A stretch of 64,000 nt of DNA from Bryobacterales bacterium. Lineage in GTDB: Bacteria; Acidobacteriota; Terriglobia; Bryobacterales; UBA6623. The stretch is from assembly GCA_963422375.2 (NCBI GenBank), contig OY729427.2:192001-256000 (forward strand), given 5' to 3'. The notes below the pieces were generated by a model. The model saw nothing but the letters and a program-made list of their open reading frames with translations. It ran no database searches and had not been told where the DNA came from. Every line of letters starts with the position of its first letter. Position 1 is the stretch's first letter. This document shows, piece after piece, positions 29,122 to 42,688 of the stretch. Position numbers and translations under genes: made by a program.

Positions 29122-30213
29122 ATGATCCAGCGACTCGTACTTCGCAACCTGTCCCACAGGCCGGTGCGCACCGGCCTGACCGTTCTTGCCGTGGCCGTCG
29201 AGGTCGCGATGATCGTGATGATGGTCGGGGTGTCCGAGGGCCTGCTCCTCGAGTCGCTGCGAAGAACCCGCGGGGTCGGCGCCGACATACTCATCCGACC
29301 CCAGATCTCGGGCGCCACCCTCAGCGGCGCGGACATCTCGGGTAAGCTCCCCGACCTGCTCAGGGAGCGCTTCGATTCCATCACGCACGCAATGGGAGCG
29401 ACCGTGTTCACCCCGGGCGACCTGCAGACCATCACGGGCGTGGACTGGGACGAGTTGGACGCCATGAGCGGCGGCATCGTGATCTTCGACGGACGCCCCT
29501 ACGCGTCAGCCTACGAGGCGGTCGTGGACGAGGTTTACGCCCGCCAGGAAGAGTTGGAGGTGGGCGACTCGATCGAGCTGATGAGCCGCGACTTCACGAT
29601 CGTGGGCATCGTCGAGACCGGCAAGATGTCCCGGGTCTTCATTCCGCTCGCGACCATGGGCGACCTGCAGGGGTGGCAGGACCGCTACAGCCAGGTCTAC
29701 CTGAAGCTGGACGACCCGGCCAAGGCCCGGGATCTCATCGGAGAGCTGCGGGCCATGATGCCCAACCGGTCGGTGATGTCGGTGGAGGAACTCCTCGCCC
29801 TCACAGCGACAAGCGTGCGCCAGATGTCCTCGCAGTTCGTGGACATAATCATCTCGATCGCGGTGGCGATCGGCTTCATCGTGGTGATGCTCGCGATGTA
29901 CACGGCCATCTTGGAACGCACCCGCGAGATCGGAATTCTCAAGGCCGTCGGCGCGTCGAAGCGCTTCATCGGCGCGATCATCCTGCGCGAGACACTGGCG
30001 GTCAGCGTGGCCGGCATCGCGCTCGGGTACGGCCTGAGCCTGCTGGGCCGCGGGCTGGTCGCGGCGAAGTACCCTCTGGTCCCCGTGATCCTCCTGCCGG
30101 AATGGCTGGCCTGGGCCGCGGTCCTCACCATCGCGGGCTCTATCGCGGGAGCCGCCTACCCCGCGTGGAAGGCAGCGAGCGCCGACCCCTGCGAAGCGCT
30201 GACCTACGAATAG
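29122..30213 (+). CDS. ABC transporter permease (MacB/FtsX/LolE family)
   Basis: RNL.HRP.RT.LT, ERTREIGILKAVGA, YPAWKA...DP.EAL.YE. Start ATG 29122. Confidence 0.9.
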   Translation: MIQRLVLRNLSHRPVRTGLTVLAVAVEVAMIVMMVGVSEGLLLESLRRTRGVGADILIRPQISGATLSGADISGKLPDLLRERFDSITHAMGATVFTPGDLQTITGVDWDELDAMSGGIVIFDGRPYASAYEAVVDEVYARQEELEVGDSIELMSRDFTIVGIVETGKMSRVFIPLATMGDLQGWQDRYSQVYLKLDDPAKARDLIGELRAMMPNRSVMSVEELLALTATSVRQMSSQFVDIIISIAVAIGFIVVMLAMYTAILERTREIGILKAVGASKRFIGAIILRETLAVSVAGIALGYGLSLLGRGLVAAKYPLVPVILLPEWLAWAAVLTIAGSIAGAAYPAWKAASADPCEALTYE

Positions 30214-30232
30214 GCCGACTGGAGGCCACTCC

Positions 30233-30928
<696 letters not shown>

Positions 30929-30995
30929 GCGGGCCGTTCCGCCGGGATAGCCCCCGCCTCCGTTCGCGCCGCCGGCGGGCGGAACCCCGCGGGCG

Positions 30996-33233
30996 TCACT
31001 CCCCGTAGATGCGGGCGTAGGCGGCGCGGTTTCGCAGGACCGCCTGAACGTAGCCGCGCGTCTCGGAGAACGGTATCGTCTCGACGAACTCCTCCAAGTC
31101 CCGGTATGGGCCGAACTGCATCCATTGCGCGACCCGGCTGTTCCCGGCGTTGTAAGCGGCCAGCGCCTTCTCCGCCTGGCCGCCGAACTGGTCCAGCACC
31201 TGCTTCAGGTGAAACGTCCCGAGGCGGAGGCTGACGTCCGGAATCGTCAGCTTTCGGGTCGAAAACCCGGGAATGCCCAGCCGGCGGAACAGGCCCCGAC
31301 CCGTGCCGGGCATGATCTGCATCAAGCCGAGCGCGCCGGCCCGGGACTTGGCCGCGGGATCGAATTCCGACTCCTGGCGGATCAGCCCCGCCACGAGGTA
31401 CGGATCCAAGCGGTGACGGCCGGCCCGGGCCCGCAGCTCGTCCTCCCAGCCCAGCGGGTAGAGGTAGCGCCAGTACTCGGCGTCCAAGGCCTCCAGCGGG
31501 AACCGCAGGTAGCCGAAGGCGTAGCGCTTCACGGCCCGCACGCCAAGATAGTGACGGCCCCGCCCGGCATGGATACGTCCGAGCCCGAGACCCGCGAAGT
31601 GGGCGTCGGCCTGCCGGTAGTCGACCCGTTCCAGTTCCCGGCGCGCGTCGCTGTCCCGGCCGATCAGATAGAGCACCGTCGACACATCGACGATATTCCG
31701 CGTGGCGGGCCGCGGCTCGGACGCGAGCTGCCTCGCGGCCGGCACCATCTCCGCCAGCTCGCGGGAGAGCTGCGTTTCGGGCGGGCGCCCGGCGGACCCG
31801 CCGAGCCTCTTCCGAGCGAGGCCGCCGTAGTAGTAGTGGGGGAACGAGCGCGCAACGGCGTGAAAGTAGGAGCTGGCATCCGTCGCGCGTCCTTCGAGCT
31901 GGCGCAGCCGGCCCAGCCAGTAAAGCGCCGCGGAAGCCGTCGCGGAGCCGGGGTACCGCCGGACGTGCTCGGCCAGCAGATCCCAGCGCTCTGCGGAGCG
32001 GTCCAGCCACGCCCGCCAGCAAAGCTTCCAGTGGGCGTACGGCGCATGGCGACCGTCGGGGAAGGCCTCTACAAGCCGCCGGAACATCCTGGGGTATTCG
32101 GTCCGGTCGTCCCTCAGGTAGTAGAAGTTGCCGATCGACAGCAGCGCCTCCTGGTACCAAGGCGAGCTCCCGTGCCGCAGGGCCAGCTTCGAGAGGCTGG
32201 AGAGCATGGGCCGGACGAGGCGCCGGCGCCGCTCTAGGGCGGCCAGCAGGTACAGCCTGCGCGCTTCGAGCTCGGGGTCTCCGGGACGCGCCTTCGCCAG
32301 TGCGGAGTAGGCCGCCGCGTCGCTCCCCCGGCTGTAGTCGGAGTGGCCGCGAAGAATCACCGCCCGGTCGCGCTCCCCGCCGGCGAGGCCGCCTGCGAGA
32401 GCGCGCGCGAACTCGGCCGATGCGCGGGCGTAGCTGCGCCCGGCGAGCAGGGCCTCCGCCCGCGCTAGGCGCCAGTCCGCGGGAGCGGACGGATACGCGC
32501 CGCCCATGCGCGCGCGCAAGCTGTCGAGCAGCGATGAAGAAGCCTCGGCCTGGTCGGAGAACGGATGGAAGTAGTACGCTTCCCGATACAGCTTGACGGC
32601 CTTCAGCAAGTTGCCGTCGAGGTGCTCCACGCGGCCGGCTAGGTAGAGGCGCACCGGAGCATCCAGCCGGCCGCCGAGGGACGCGAGGACGGCACGCGCC
32701 TCGTCGCGGCGACGGAGCCGCAGGAAGCTCTCGACGCGCAGCCTCGTCGCCGCGGGCACGAACCGGCTCCCGGGGAATTCCGCGAGGAACCTCTCCAGCG
32801 GCCCCAGCGCCCTGGCGAAATCCTCGGCCAAGACGATGCAGCGCGCGCGGTAGTAGGCAGCGTACTCGCGCCGCCAGGCGACCCGCCCGCTGATCGCGGC
32901 GAACGCTGACTCCGCCGCGGGGTAGTCCCGGGCGTCGTACCGGGCCATGCCGATCGCATGCAGCGCCAAGTCGCGATTCGCTCCGTCCGTGCCGTCCGCG
33001 TAGCTCTGGAGAGCCCGGAAGTTGGCGGCGGACCTGTTGCTCGCGAGCCTGCGGCTCAGCTCGCTCAGCGCCGCCGGAACCGTGGCGGCCGCGGAGGCAC
33101 GAACCGACAGGCCGATTGCGGCAAGGCAGAGCGCCGGCGCGAGGGAGGCGGCCAGGACGCGCCGCGGGGCATCGGAACGCCGACGGACCCTGACACGCGC
33201 CCGCAACCACCCCAGGTCCGTCGCCAGCGTCAT
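30996..33233 (-). CDS. soluble lytic transglycosylase (Slt70-like) with TPR repeats
   Basis: C-terminal IRQESEF, GALGLMQIMP, ALAAYNAG, IPFSETRGYV, preceded by TPR-like helices. Confidence 0.92.
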   Translation of the reverse strand: MTLATDLGWLRARVRVRRRSDAPRRVLAASLAPALCLAAIGLSVRASAAATVPAALSELSRRLASNRSAANFRALQSYADGTDGANRDLALHAIGMARYDARDYPAAESAFAAISGRVAWRREYAAYYRARCIVLAEDFARALGPLERFLAEFPGSRFVPAATRLRVESFLRLRRRDEARAVLASLGGRLDAPVRLYLAGRVEHLDGNLLKAVKLYREAYYFHPFSDQAEASSSLLDSLRARMGGAYPSAPADWRLARAEALLAGRSYARASAEFARALAGGLAGGERDRAVILRGHSDYSRGSDAAAYSALAKARPGDPELEARRLYLLAALERRRRLVRPMLSSLSKLALRHGSSPWYQEALLSIGNFYYLRDDRTEYPRMFRRLVEAFPDGRHAPYAHWKLCWRAWLDRSAERWDLLAEHVRRYPGSATASAALYWLGRLRQLEGRATDASSYFHAVARSFPHYYYGGLARKRLGGSAGRPPETQLSRELAEMVPAARQLASEPRPATRNIVDVSTVLYLIGRDSDARRELERVDYRQADAHFAGLGLGRIHAGRGRHYLGVRAVKRYAFGYLRFPLEALDAEYWRYLYPLGWEDELRARAGRHRLDPYLVAGLIRQESEFDPAAKSRAGALGLMQIMPGTGRGLFRRLGIPGFSTRKLTIPDVSLRLGTFHLKQVLDQFGGQAEKALAAYNAGNSRVAQWMQFGPYRDLEEFVETIPFSETRGYVQAVLRNRAAYARIYGE

Positions 33234-33856
33234 TGCCGATCTCGGTCCTCACGCGAGCCCAGCGCCTCGATCCACGCCTCAGCCGTGAGCACGAGCACCT
33301 CGACCACGGCCGCCCGAAGGGTCCCTCCTTCGACGATCAGCACCGCAAGCACGGTCTCGCGAAGGATCAGCGGCTGGACGCGCAGGTCCTCGTCGCCGGC
33401 GTAGGAAAGCCGCTTCCACAGGCCGTGCGAAACGTTGCGCTGCGTCGCCGTCGAGACTACCGTGTCCCGGGTCTCGATCGCGTGCGCGATGGCCGGCGCG
33501 GAGGCGAGACCCACGGAAAGCCCCTCCAAGTCGCGTGCAGTGCAGCCCTGGCCGGCCGAGTGGAAGCCGATCAGCGTGCCCTCGCTGTGCAGCAGCAGAG
33601 CCGCGCGCCGGCTGAAGAGCGCCGATGTCTCGACCAGCTCGGCCAGCACGGCCGAGACCTCCCCGGCGTTTCGAATCCTCCGGATCGCCCCGGAAATGCG
33701 ATCCAGGATCTGCGAAGTCTCCCTAGCGGAAGCTTCCTTGGTCCGAGCGAGGCTGTCTTCCGCCAGGCGCTCCATCTCCGCGCTCAAGCGGGCCATGTGA
33801 TCCTGGCAAATCGATTGGATCTCGCTCTGCAGCGACAGATCTGAAACCTCCTCCAA
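33230..33856 (-). CDS. hypothetical protein with a GAF-like domain
   Basis: 208 aa. Coiled N-terminus, then RAALL..., PLILRETVLAVL. Stop overlaps the slt start. Confidence 0.6.
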   Translation of the reverse strand: MEEVSDLSLQSEIQSICQDHMARLSAEMERLAEDSLARTKEASARETSQILDRISGAIRRIRNAGEVSAVLAELVETSALFSRRAALLLHSEGTLIGFHSAGQGCTARDLEGLSVGLASAPAIAHAIETRDTVVSTATQRNVSHGLWKRLSYAGDEDLRVQPLILRETVLAVLIVEGGTLRAAVVEVLVLTAEAWIEALGSREDRDRQ

Positions 33857-33936
33857 GCCGGACCGCTCAAGAGCCCGCTCTGCTATCTTATCGTAAGAGC
33901 CCGCCCGCGGGAGCCTGCGGGCGGGAGGCGGGCGCG

Positions 33937-34647
33937 GTGATCGACATTGCGGGCCAAGTCGCCGTGGTCACCGGCGGCAGCCGAGGCATCGGTCTGGCGA
34001 TCGCCCGGGCGCTGGCGGCCGAGGGCGCGTCGGTCGCCATCTGCGGTCGCGACGAGTCCGCCCTCGCGGAGGCGCTGCGGGAATTGCGGGCTTCCGGCCG
34101 CGCCGTCGGCCGGGCCTGCGACGTGGGGAGCTGGGAGCAGGCGGAAGCGTTCTACGCATTCGTCGACCTCGAGTTAGGAGGCGTGGACATCCTAGTGAAC
34201 AACGCCGGCGTGGGCCGCTTCGCCCCGGTCGACGAGCTGGACCCGGCGGAATGGGACGAGATGATCCGCACCAACCTCAGCGGGCCGTTCTACTTCTCGC
34301 GCCTAGCGGCGCCGCGCATGAAGCGGCGCGGAGGCGGTTTCATCCTGAACATCGGGAGTCTGGCCGGGAAGCACCCTTTCGCCACGGGCGCGGCGTACAA
34401 CGCCTCCAAGTTCGGGCTGGCCGGCTTGACCGAAGCGATGATGCTAGACCTGCGCTACGCGAACATCCGGGTCAGCACCATCATGCCGGGCAGCGTGCAG
34501 ACCGGGTTCCGGTCCGGCTCCAAGAACGCCGACTGGAAGCTCGATCCAGCGGCCGTCGCGTCGATGGCGGTTCACCTCATCAGAACCCCGGCCCGGAATC
34601 TGGCGAGCCGCGTCGAGATGCGGCCGAGTCGACCCCGCCGTTCCTGA
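33937..34647 (+). CDS. SDR family oxidoreductase
   Basis: TGGSRGIG, LVNNAG, YNASK. Confidence 0.95.
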   Translation: MIDIAGQVAVVTGGSRGIGLAIARALAAEGASVAICGRDESALAEALRELRASGRAVGRACDVGSWEQAEAFYAFVDLELGGVDILVNNAGVGRFAPVDELDPAEWDEMIRTNLSGPFYFSRLAAPRMKRRGGGFILNIGSLAGKHPFATGAAYNASKFGLAGLTEAMMLDLRYANIRVSTIMPGSVQTGFRSGSKNADWKLDPAAVASMAVHLIRTPARNLASRVEMRPSRPRRS

Positions 34648-34709
34648 CGCCCCGCGAGGTAGCGGGCGACCGTCCCGGAAGCTCGCGCCGAGGGCCGCCC
34701 CGCTCTCGT

Positions 34710-37352
<2,643 letters not shown>

Positions 37353-37894
37353 GGAAGTCGCAGCGGGGGGAGAATCCGCGCCCCGGCCAGATTCCTCATA
37401 GTACTGGACGCGTCAAAAGTCATGTAATTGCTCACCTAGGGGTCCCGACAGGTGGACGGGCATTGAGGCGTGTCACAGCGCAGCAGGGCGGCGCAATGTT
37501 ACGGCGCTACGGCCAAGAGTGCCCCCGGACGCAAAGTCGACCGCGAGGCATCGCCGCCCTGAGCGGTACGCCGGGCCAGGCGGGCGACGCCGGCTTGCGG
37601 TTACCGCGTCCATGCGTTCCCCCAAGCCGGCTTCCTCGCGGACGGCGCCTTGTTGCTGAGCCACCGCAACCCGTCCGGCACGGTGTCGATACGAGACTAG
37701 CCGGATTTCCAACAGTGACAACGCTCGAAAATCGCAACGGTAGACGTCACTGAGCTGACGGTCGCCGATTAGGAATTCGATGTCAAGCAACGACAGGTAT
37801 TTTCTGCGAATGCCGAATACCAACGGCGCCCGCAGTACCGACTTGACCGGGAAAGCGACCCTGCACGCGTCGGCGCCGGAGCCGCGAACCGGAC

Positions 37895-38539
37895 TCAGGC
37901 GTCGAGGGCGGCCCAGTCCCGCAGGTTGTGCGGATCGAGGCCCGAGATCATGGACACGCCGTCCGCGCCCGCCGCGAGTACGCGGGCGGCGTTCGCGACG
38001 GTAATTCCGCCGATCGCGACTAAGGGCTTCGACGTCAGGGAGCGCGCCAGCCTCACGCCCTCCAGCCCGACCGCAGGTTCCGGCCGCTCCTTGCTCCGCG
38101 TCCCGAATACAGGCCCGACGGCGAGGTAGTCCGCCCAGCGACACTCGTCCGCGGCGATCTGGGCGGCGTTGTGGGTCGAGTAGCCGACGACAAGGCCGTC
38201 TCCGACCAGCCGGCGCACGTCCGCGAGGGGGAGATCGTCCTGGCCGACGTGAACGCCGTGCGCCCTCAATGCCAGCGCGATGTCCGCCCGGTCGTTGAGG
38301 ATGAAGCAGACGCCGGCCGCGCGGAAGACGGCGGCGACCCGGGAGGCCTCCTCGTACGCCGCCCGGGTGAAGCTGCCCTTGTGGCGGTACTGCGCGATCC
38401 GGATGCCGGCGCACGCAAGATCTTCGGCGATCCGCGCCGCGCTGCGTCCGCGCGCCTCGAGGTGCGCCCTGTCGAGAATCGGATAGACCCGCGGGAAGGG
38501 CGCGAGAACCGACTGCTTGCGCGGGGGCGCCGCAGCCAT
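37895..38539 (-). CDS. thiE: thiamine-phosphate synthase
   Basis: QYRHK, ILNDRADIA, GVHVGQDD, GYSTH, GPVFGT.SK, VAIGGI. Confidence 0.92.
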   Translation of the reverse strand: MAAAPPRKQSVLAPFPRVYPILDRAHLEARGRSAARIAEDLACAGIRIAQYRHKGSFTRAAYEEASRVAAVFRAAGVCFILNDRADIALALRAHGVHVGQDDLPLADVRRLVGDGLVVGYSTHNAAQIAADECRWADYLAVGPVFGTRSKERPEPAVGLEGVRLARSLTSKPLVAIGGITVANAARVLAAGADGVSMISGLDPHNLRDWAALDA

Positions 38540-38584
38540 GGGTGGAACTGCAACCGACTGAAGCACCTGTCCGAGCACGAGAGG

Positions 38585-39166
38585 CTAGCGGATCTCCAAG
38601 ATCTCCCTTTCCTTGACCTCGCCGGCCGCGTTGATCTCCTTGATGGATTCGTCCGTAGCCTTCTGAATCTCGTCATGGGACCGCTTGCTCTCGTCCTCGG
38701 ATACGGCCTTGGACTTGGCGAGGTTCCGGACCGCCTCGTTCGCCTCGCGCCGCACGTTCCGCACGGCGACGCGATGCTGCTCGACGACCTTGTGCAGTGT
38801 CCGCACGAGCTCGCGCCGACGCTCCTTGGTCAGGGGCGGGATCGCGAGGCGGATGATCCTGCCGTCATTGGCGGGGTTGATCCCGAGGTCCGACACCCGG
38901 ATGGCCCGTTCGATCGACGCGATCTGCGACATGTCCCACGGCTGGACCGTGAGGGTCGTCGAGTTGGGCGTCGCGAGGGTGGCCATCTGGTTCAGGGGGG
39001 TCAGCGTGCCGTAGTAGTCCACAGCGATGGAATCGAGCAGGGCGATCGACGCGCGGCCGGTGCGGATCGAGGCCATGCCGCGTCCCAGGTCGTTCACCGC
39101 CCGGGCCATGCGCTCCCTGGCCTCCCGCATGATTTCCGCAACGGTCTCTCCGCGGATATGTGACAT
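38585..39166 (-). CDS. frr: ribosome recycling factor
   Basis: IRTGRAS, DYYG..TPL, NPANDG, PPLTKERR, VRNVRR. Confidence 0.97.
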   Translation of the reverse strand: MSHIRGETVAEIMREARERMARAVNDLGRGMASIRTGRASIALLDSIAVDYYGTLTPLNQMATLATPNSTTLTVQPWDMSQIASIERAIRVSDLGINPANDGRIIRLAIPPLTKERRRELVRTLHKVVEQHRVAVRNVRREANEAVRNLAKSKAVSEDESKRSHDEIQKATDESIKEINAAGEVKEREILEIR

Positions 39167-39193
39167 GCAATTCGATCCTCCGAGCGAACCAGC

Positions 39194-39898
39194 TTAAGCC
39201 ATCAGGGTACCAGCGATCTCGCCGCGAGCGACGCGGGCGAGGCTGCCCGGGCGGTCCAGCCGGAACACCAGCACGGGCAGCTCGTGGTCCCGGCACATCG
39301 CGACCGACGTCGCGTCCATCACGGCCAGCCGGCCGGCGAGGACCCGGTCGTAGGTGACGGTGGAGTAGGCCCGAGCGTCCGGATGGACGACGGGGTCCCG
39401 GTCGAACACGCCGTCCACCTTCGTGCCCTTCGCGAGCAGGTCCGCCCCGACCTCGACCGCGCGCAGGGACGCGGCGGTGTCGGTCGTGAAGTAGGGATTC
39501 CCGGTACCCGCGCCGAGGACGACCACCGCGCCCTCCTCGAGCGCCCGCACGGCCTCGGACCGGCTGTACGGCGGGGCCGCCGGCTCGACCCGGATGGCGC
39601 TCATGGCGCTCGCCGGCACGCCCCGCGCGGCGAGTGCGCCGGCGAGCGCCATCGCGTTGACGACCGTGCCCAGCATGCCCATGTAGTCCGCCGTGACCCG
39701 GTCGATGCCCGTTGCGGCCAGCGCCGCGCCGCGCACGAAGTTCCCCGCGCCGACTACCACGGCCAGCTGCGCGCCGCAAGACCGCGCGTCCTCGATTTCC
39801 CCGGCCAGCCAAGCCAGCCGCGCGGGATCGACGGGGCCGGCCGCGCCCGCGAGCATCTCCCCCGAGAGCTTGAACAGGATACGACGCGGCTTGCCCAT
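39194..39898 (-). CDS. pyrH: UMP kinase
   Basis: KLSGE, GAGNFVRG, DYMGML, GTGNPYFTTD, VMDAT. Confidence 0.97.
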   Translation of the reverse strand: MGKPRRILFKLSGEMLAGAAGPVDPARLAWLAGEIEDARSCGAQLAVVVGAGNFVRGAALAATGIDRVTADYMGMLGTVVNAMALAGALAARGVPASAMSAIRVEPAAPPYSRSEAVRALEEGAVVVLGAGTGNPYFTTDTAASLRAVEVGADLLAKGTKVDGVFDRDPVVHPDARAYSTVTYDRVLAGRLAVMDATSVAMCRDHELPVLVFRLDRPGSLARVARGEIAGTLMA

Positions 39899-39943
39899 GC
39901 CCGTCCTGCCCGATCGAACCAGGCGCCCGCCCGCGGCGGATGG

Positions 39944-40546
39944 CTAGGTCTCCTCGCCGACCTTGAAGCGCCGGAAGCGGCGGACCGCGAGGTTCTCGCC
40001 CAGCTTGGCGATCGCCGCCTGAACCAGCTCCCCGACGGTGGTCGACGGATCCTTGACGAAGGGCTGGTCGACCAGGACGATCTCCTCGTAGAACTTGCCC
40101 ATCCGGCCGTCTACGATGCGGTCGATCACGCGCTCCGGCTTGCCTTCCTGCAGCGCGCGGTCCCGCTGGATCTGGCGCTCGCTCGCCACGAGATCGGCGG
40201 GCACCTGGTCCCGCGTGACGTAGCGCGGATCCGCGGCCGCGATCTGCATCGCGATGTCCTTGACCAACTCCTGGAACTGGTCGGTCCGGGCGACGAAGTC
40301 CGACTCGCAGTTCATCTCCACCAGCACGCCCAGCTTCGCGCCGGCGTGGATGTAGCTGCCGATCACGCCCTCGTTGGCCGCCCGGCCCTTCTTCTTCTGG
40401 GCGATCGCGACGCCGCGCCTGCGCAGGGCGATCTCGGCCTTGGCCATGTCGCCGGCGGCGTCCACCAAGGCCTTCTTGCAGTCCATGAAACCCGCGCCGC
40501 TCTTGTCGCGCAGCTCCTTCACTTGCTTCGCGCTAATCGCTGCCAT
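39944..40546 (-). CDS. tsf: elongation factor Ts (short form)
   Basis: VKELRDKSGAGFMDCKKAL, EMNCESDFVA, VRRFRRFKVGE. Confidence 0.97.
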   Translation of the reverse strand: MAAISAKQVKELRDKSGAGFMDCKKALVDAAGDMAKAEIALRRRGVAIAQKKKGRAANEGVIGSYIHAGAKLGVLVEMNCESDFVARTDQFQELVKDIAMQIAAADPRYVTRDQVPADLVASERQIQRDRALQEGKPERVIDRIVDGRMGKFYEEIVLVDQPFVKDPSTTVGELVQAAIAKLGENLAVRRFRRFKVGEET

Positions 40547-40601
40547 GACGCACCTCCCCTCGCGGACTCTCCAGGCCAGCGGCTCGCCGGAGCCGGACCG
40601 C

Positions 40602-41372
40602 TCAGGCCGCGCCCGCCTCGTCTCCCCCGCTCGCTCCGGCCGCCGAATCCCCGTCTTCCTCCGCGGACTCCTCCGATTCGGGCGGCGGCATCATCGCCCG
40701 CCCGGCGATCACGGCCTCGGCGACCCTCTTGGTATAGAGCCAGATCGAACGCAAGGCGTCGTCGTTTCCGGGGATCACGTGGTCCACCACGTCGGGATTG
40801 GAGTTCGTGTCCACCACCGCGATGACGGGAATGTTCAGCTTGCGGGCCTCGTGCACCGCGATCTCTTCCTTGCGGGTGTCGATGACGAAGACCATGTCGG
40901 GCAGGCCCGGCATCTCCTTGATCCCGGCGATGTTGGCCTGCAAGGCCTTGCGCTCGCGCTCGAGGCGCGAGATTTCCTTCTTGCTGCGGCCCTCGTAGCC
41001 TTCCTCATCGGCGAGGCGCTGTAGCTCCTTGAAGCGCACGAGCGACTTCTGCACCGTGACCCAGTTGGTCAGCAGGCCGCCGAGCCAGCGGTGATTGACG
41101 TAGTACATGCCGCAGCGCTGCGCCTCCTCGGCGATCGCCTCTTGCGCCTGGCGCTTGGTCCCGACGAACAGGATGTTCTTGCCGAGACTCGCCTGCTCGG
41201 TGATGAACTGCAGCGCCTCCTTGAAGTTCTTGAGGGTCTTCTGGAGGTCGATGATGTGGATGTTGTTGCGCTCGCCGAAGATGAACTCCTTCATCTTCGG
41301 ATTCCAGTGCCTGGTCTGGTGCCCGAAATGAACGCCGGATTCGAGCAATTCCTTCATTGTGATTGGCGACAC
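40602..41372 (-). CDS. rpsB: 30S ribosomal protein S2
   Basis: [31 protein letters not shown]. Confidence 0.98.
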   Translation of the reverse strand: MSPITMKELLESGVHFGHQTRHWNPKMKEFIFGERNNIHIIDLQKTLKNFKEALQFITEQASLGKNILFVGTKRQAQEAIAEEAQRCGMYYVNHRWLGGLLTNWVTVQKSLVRFKELQRLADEEGYEGRSKKEISRLERERKALQANIAGIKEMPGLPDMVFVIDTRKEEIAVHEARKLNIPVIAVVDTNSNPDVVDHVIPGNDDALRSIWLYTKRVAEAVIAGRAMMPPPESEESAEEDGDSAAGASGGDEAGAA

Positions 41373-41493
41373 GTTTCCTCCGTCGTTGGCTGTGCGCTAG
41401 GTTGCGGCGACGCGCTACACGCCGCCCCGGGGCGGCCGGATCCGTCCAAGCAGGATTTGGCACAGGCCGCGAACGACGCGCGAGTAACGCCGG
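41373..41493 (-). promoter_or_regulatory. structured rpsB leader, possible S2 autoregulatory element
   Basis: On the transcript, CGUCGUU..GGCCUGUGC can pair with GCACAGCCAACGACG immediately before the GGAGG RBS. Confidence 0.45.
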
Positions 41494-41889
41494 CTAGCGC
41501 TTCGAGTACTGGAACCTCTTCCGGGCCCCGGGTCGGCCGTACTTCTTGCGCTCGTGCTTGCGCGGGTCGCGCGTGAGGTAGCCGCCCTTCTTGAGCAGGG
41601 GCCGCAGCTCGGAATTGAAGTTCTGCAGCGCCCGGGCGATTCCCAGACGCACGGCGTCGGCCTGCCCGGCCTTCCCGCCGCCGCGTACGAGCACCAAGGC
41701 GTCGAACTTGGTGTCCGTCTCGCTGGCCTTCAGCGGCTGCCAGATCTTGCTCTTCTGGATCTCGGTGGGGAAGTAGGCCTCGGGGGCCTGCCGGTTGATC
41801 TCGAGCTTGCCCGTGCCGGGACGCAGGAAGACCCGCGCCACGGCTGTCTTGCGGCGACCCGTGCCAAGATACTGCTGCTGAATAGTCAA
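41494..41889 (-). CDS. rpsI: 30S ribosomal protein S9
   Basis: [31 protein letters not shown]. Confidence 0.98.
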   Translation of the reverse strand: MTIQQQYLGTGRRKTAVARVFLRPGTGKLEINRQAPEAYFPTEIQKSKIWQPLKASETDTKFDALVLVRGGGKAGQADAVRLGIARALQNFNSELRPLLKKGGYLTRDPRKHERKKYGRPGARKRFQYSKR

Positions 41890-41913
41890 CGAACCGGTTC
41901 CCTTCCCCCGTCC

Positions 41914-42348
41914 CTAGAGCTGCCACTGCCTGGGCTGCTGCGCGTGGTGCGGATGGTCCGCGCCGACGTACACCTTGAGCCTGGTCCGGAGCTGGCGCCC
42001 GAGCTTGTTCTTCGGCAGCATGCCCGCGACGGCGCGCTGCACGAGCCTCTCCGGATGGCGCTCGCGGACCTCGCGCACCGTCTCCCTCTTCAAGCCGCCG
42101 GGATACCCGGAGTGCCGGTAGTAGACCTTGTCGGTCTCCTTCTTGCCGGTGAGGCACACCTTGCCGGCGTTGACGACGACGACGAAGTCGCCGGTCTTGA
42201 GGAACGGCGTGAAATCGGGCTTGTGCTTGCCCCGCAGCAGCGTCGCCGCCTGCGTGGCCAAGCGCCCCAGCGTCTTGCCGTCGGCATCCAGGACATACCA
42301 GTGGTGCTTCAGGTCGGACGCCTTCGGGATGTAGGTGCTGGTTGGCAT
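41914..42348 (-). CDS. rplM: 50S ribosomal protein L13
   Basis: WYVLDA...[36 protein letters not shown]. Start ATG 42348. Confidence 0.98.
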   Translation of the reverse strand: MPTSTYIPKASDLKHHWYVLDADGKTLGRLATQAATLLRGKHKPDFTPFLKTGDFVVVVNAGKVCLTGKKETDKVYYRHSGYPGGLKRETVREVRERHPERLVQRAVAGMLPKNKLGRQLRTRLKVYVGADHPHHAQQPRQWQL

Positions 42349-42688
42349 CGTCACGGCCGACGTCCCGCAGGCGCGCCTGCCCCCTGCCTTCATACTAGCG
42401 CGGTTCCCCGGGGAGGGTCAAACGACGCTCGCCGAAGCCCGGCGCCCGCAGCAGCGGGACCGCCAGGCGGATCGGCCGCGGCCTCGCGGGCACGAGGCCG
42501 CGCCGGTTCGGCAGATTCGAGGGCTTCGCCCCGGTGCATCCCGACGAGGACCCGCCCGGCGCGGGCGCGCCGAGACTCCCGCCGGGCGGGAATCGCGTTG
42601 CCCAACCGTTGCGCGGGGACGGGGACGGCTTCGCGGCCCGTCGGGCGGCGCCGAGGCCGTCTGACGGACCGATGCGACACCGGTCGAG

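Noticed and set aside
33869..33904. Direct repeat AAGAGCCCGC flanking -10-like boxes in a divergent promoter
   Set aside because: Only two short copies; cannot be told apart from chance without comparative data.
39944..40546. EF-Ts of only 200 aa, suspected truncation
   Set aside because: A short EF-Ts form is known (e.g. Thermus, cyanobacteria), and both termini are intact.
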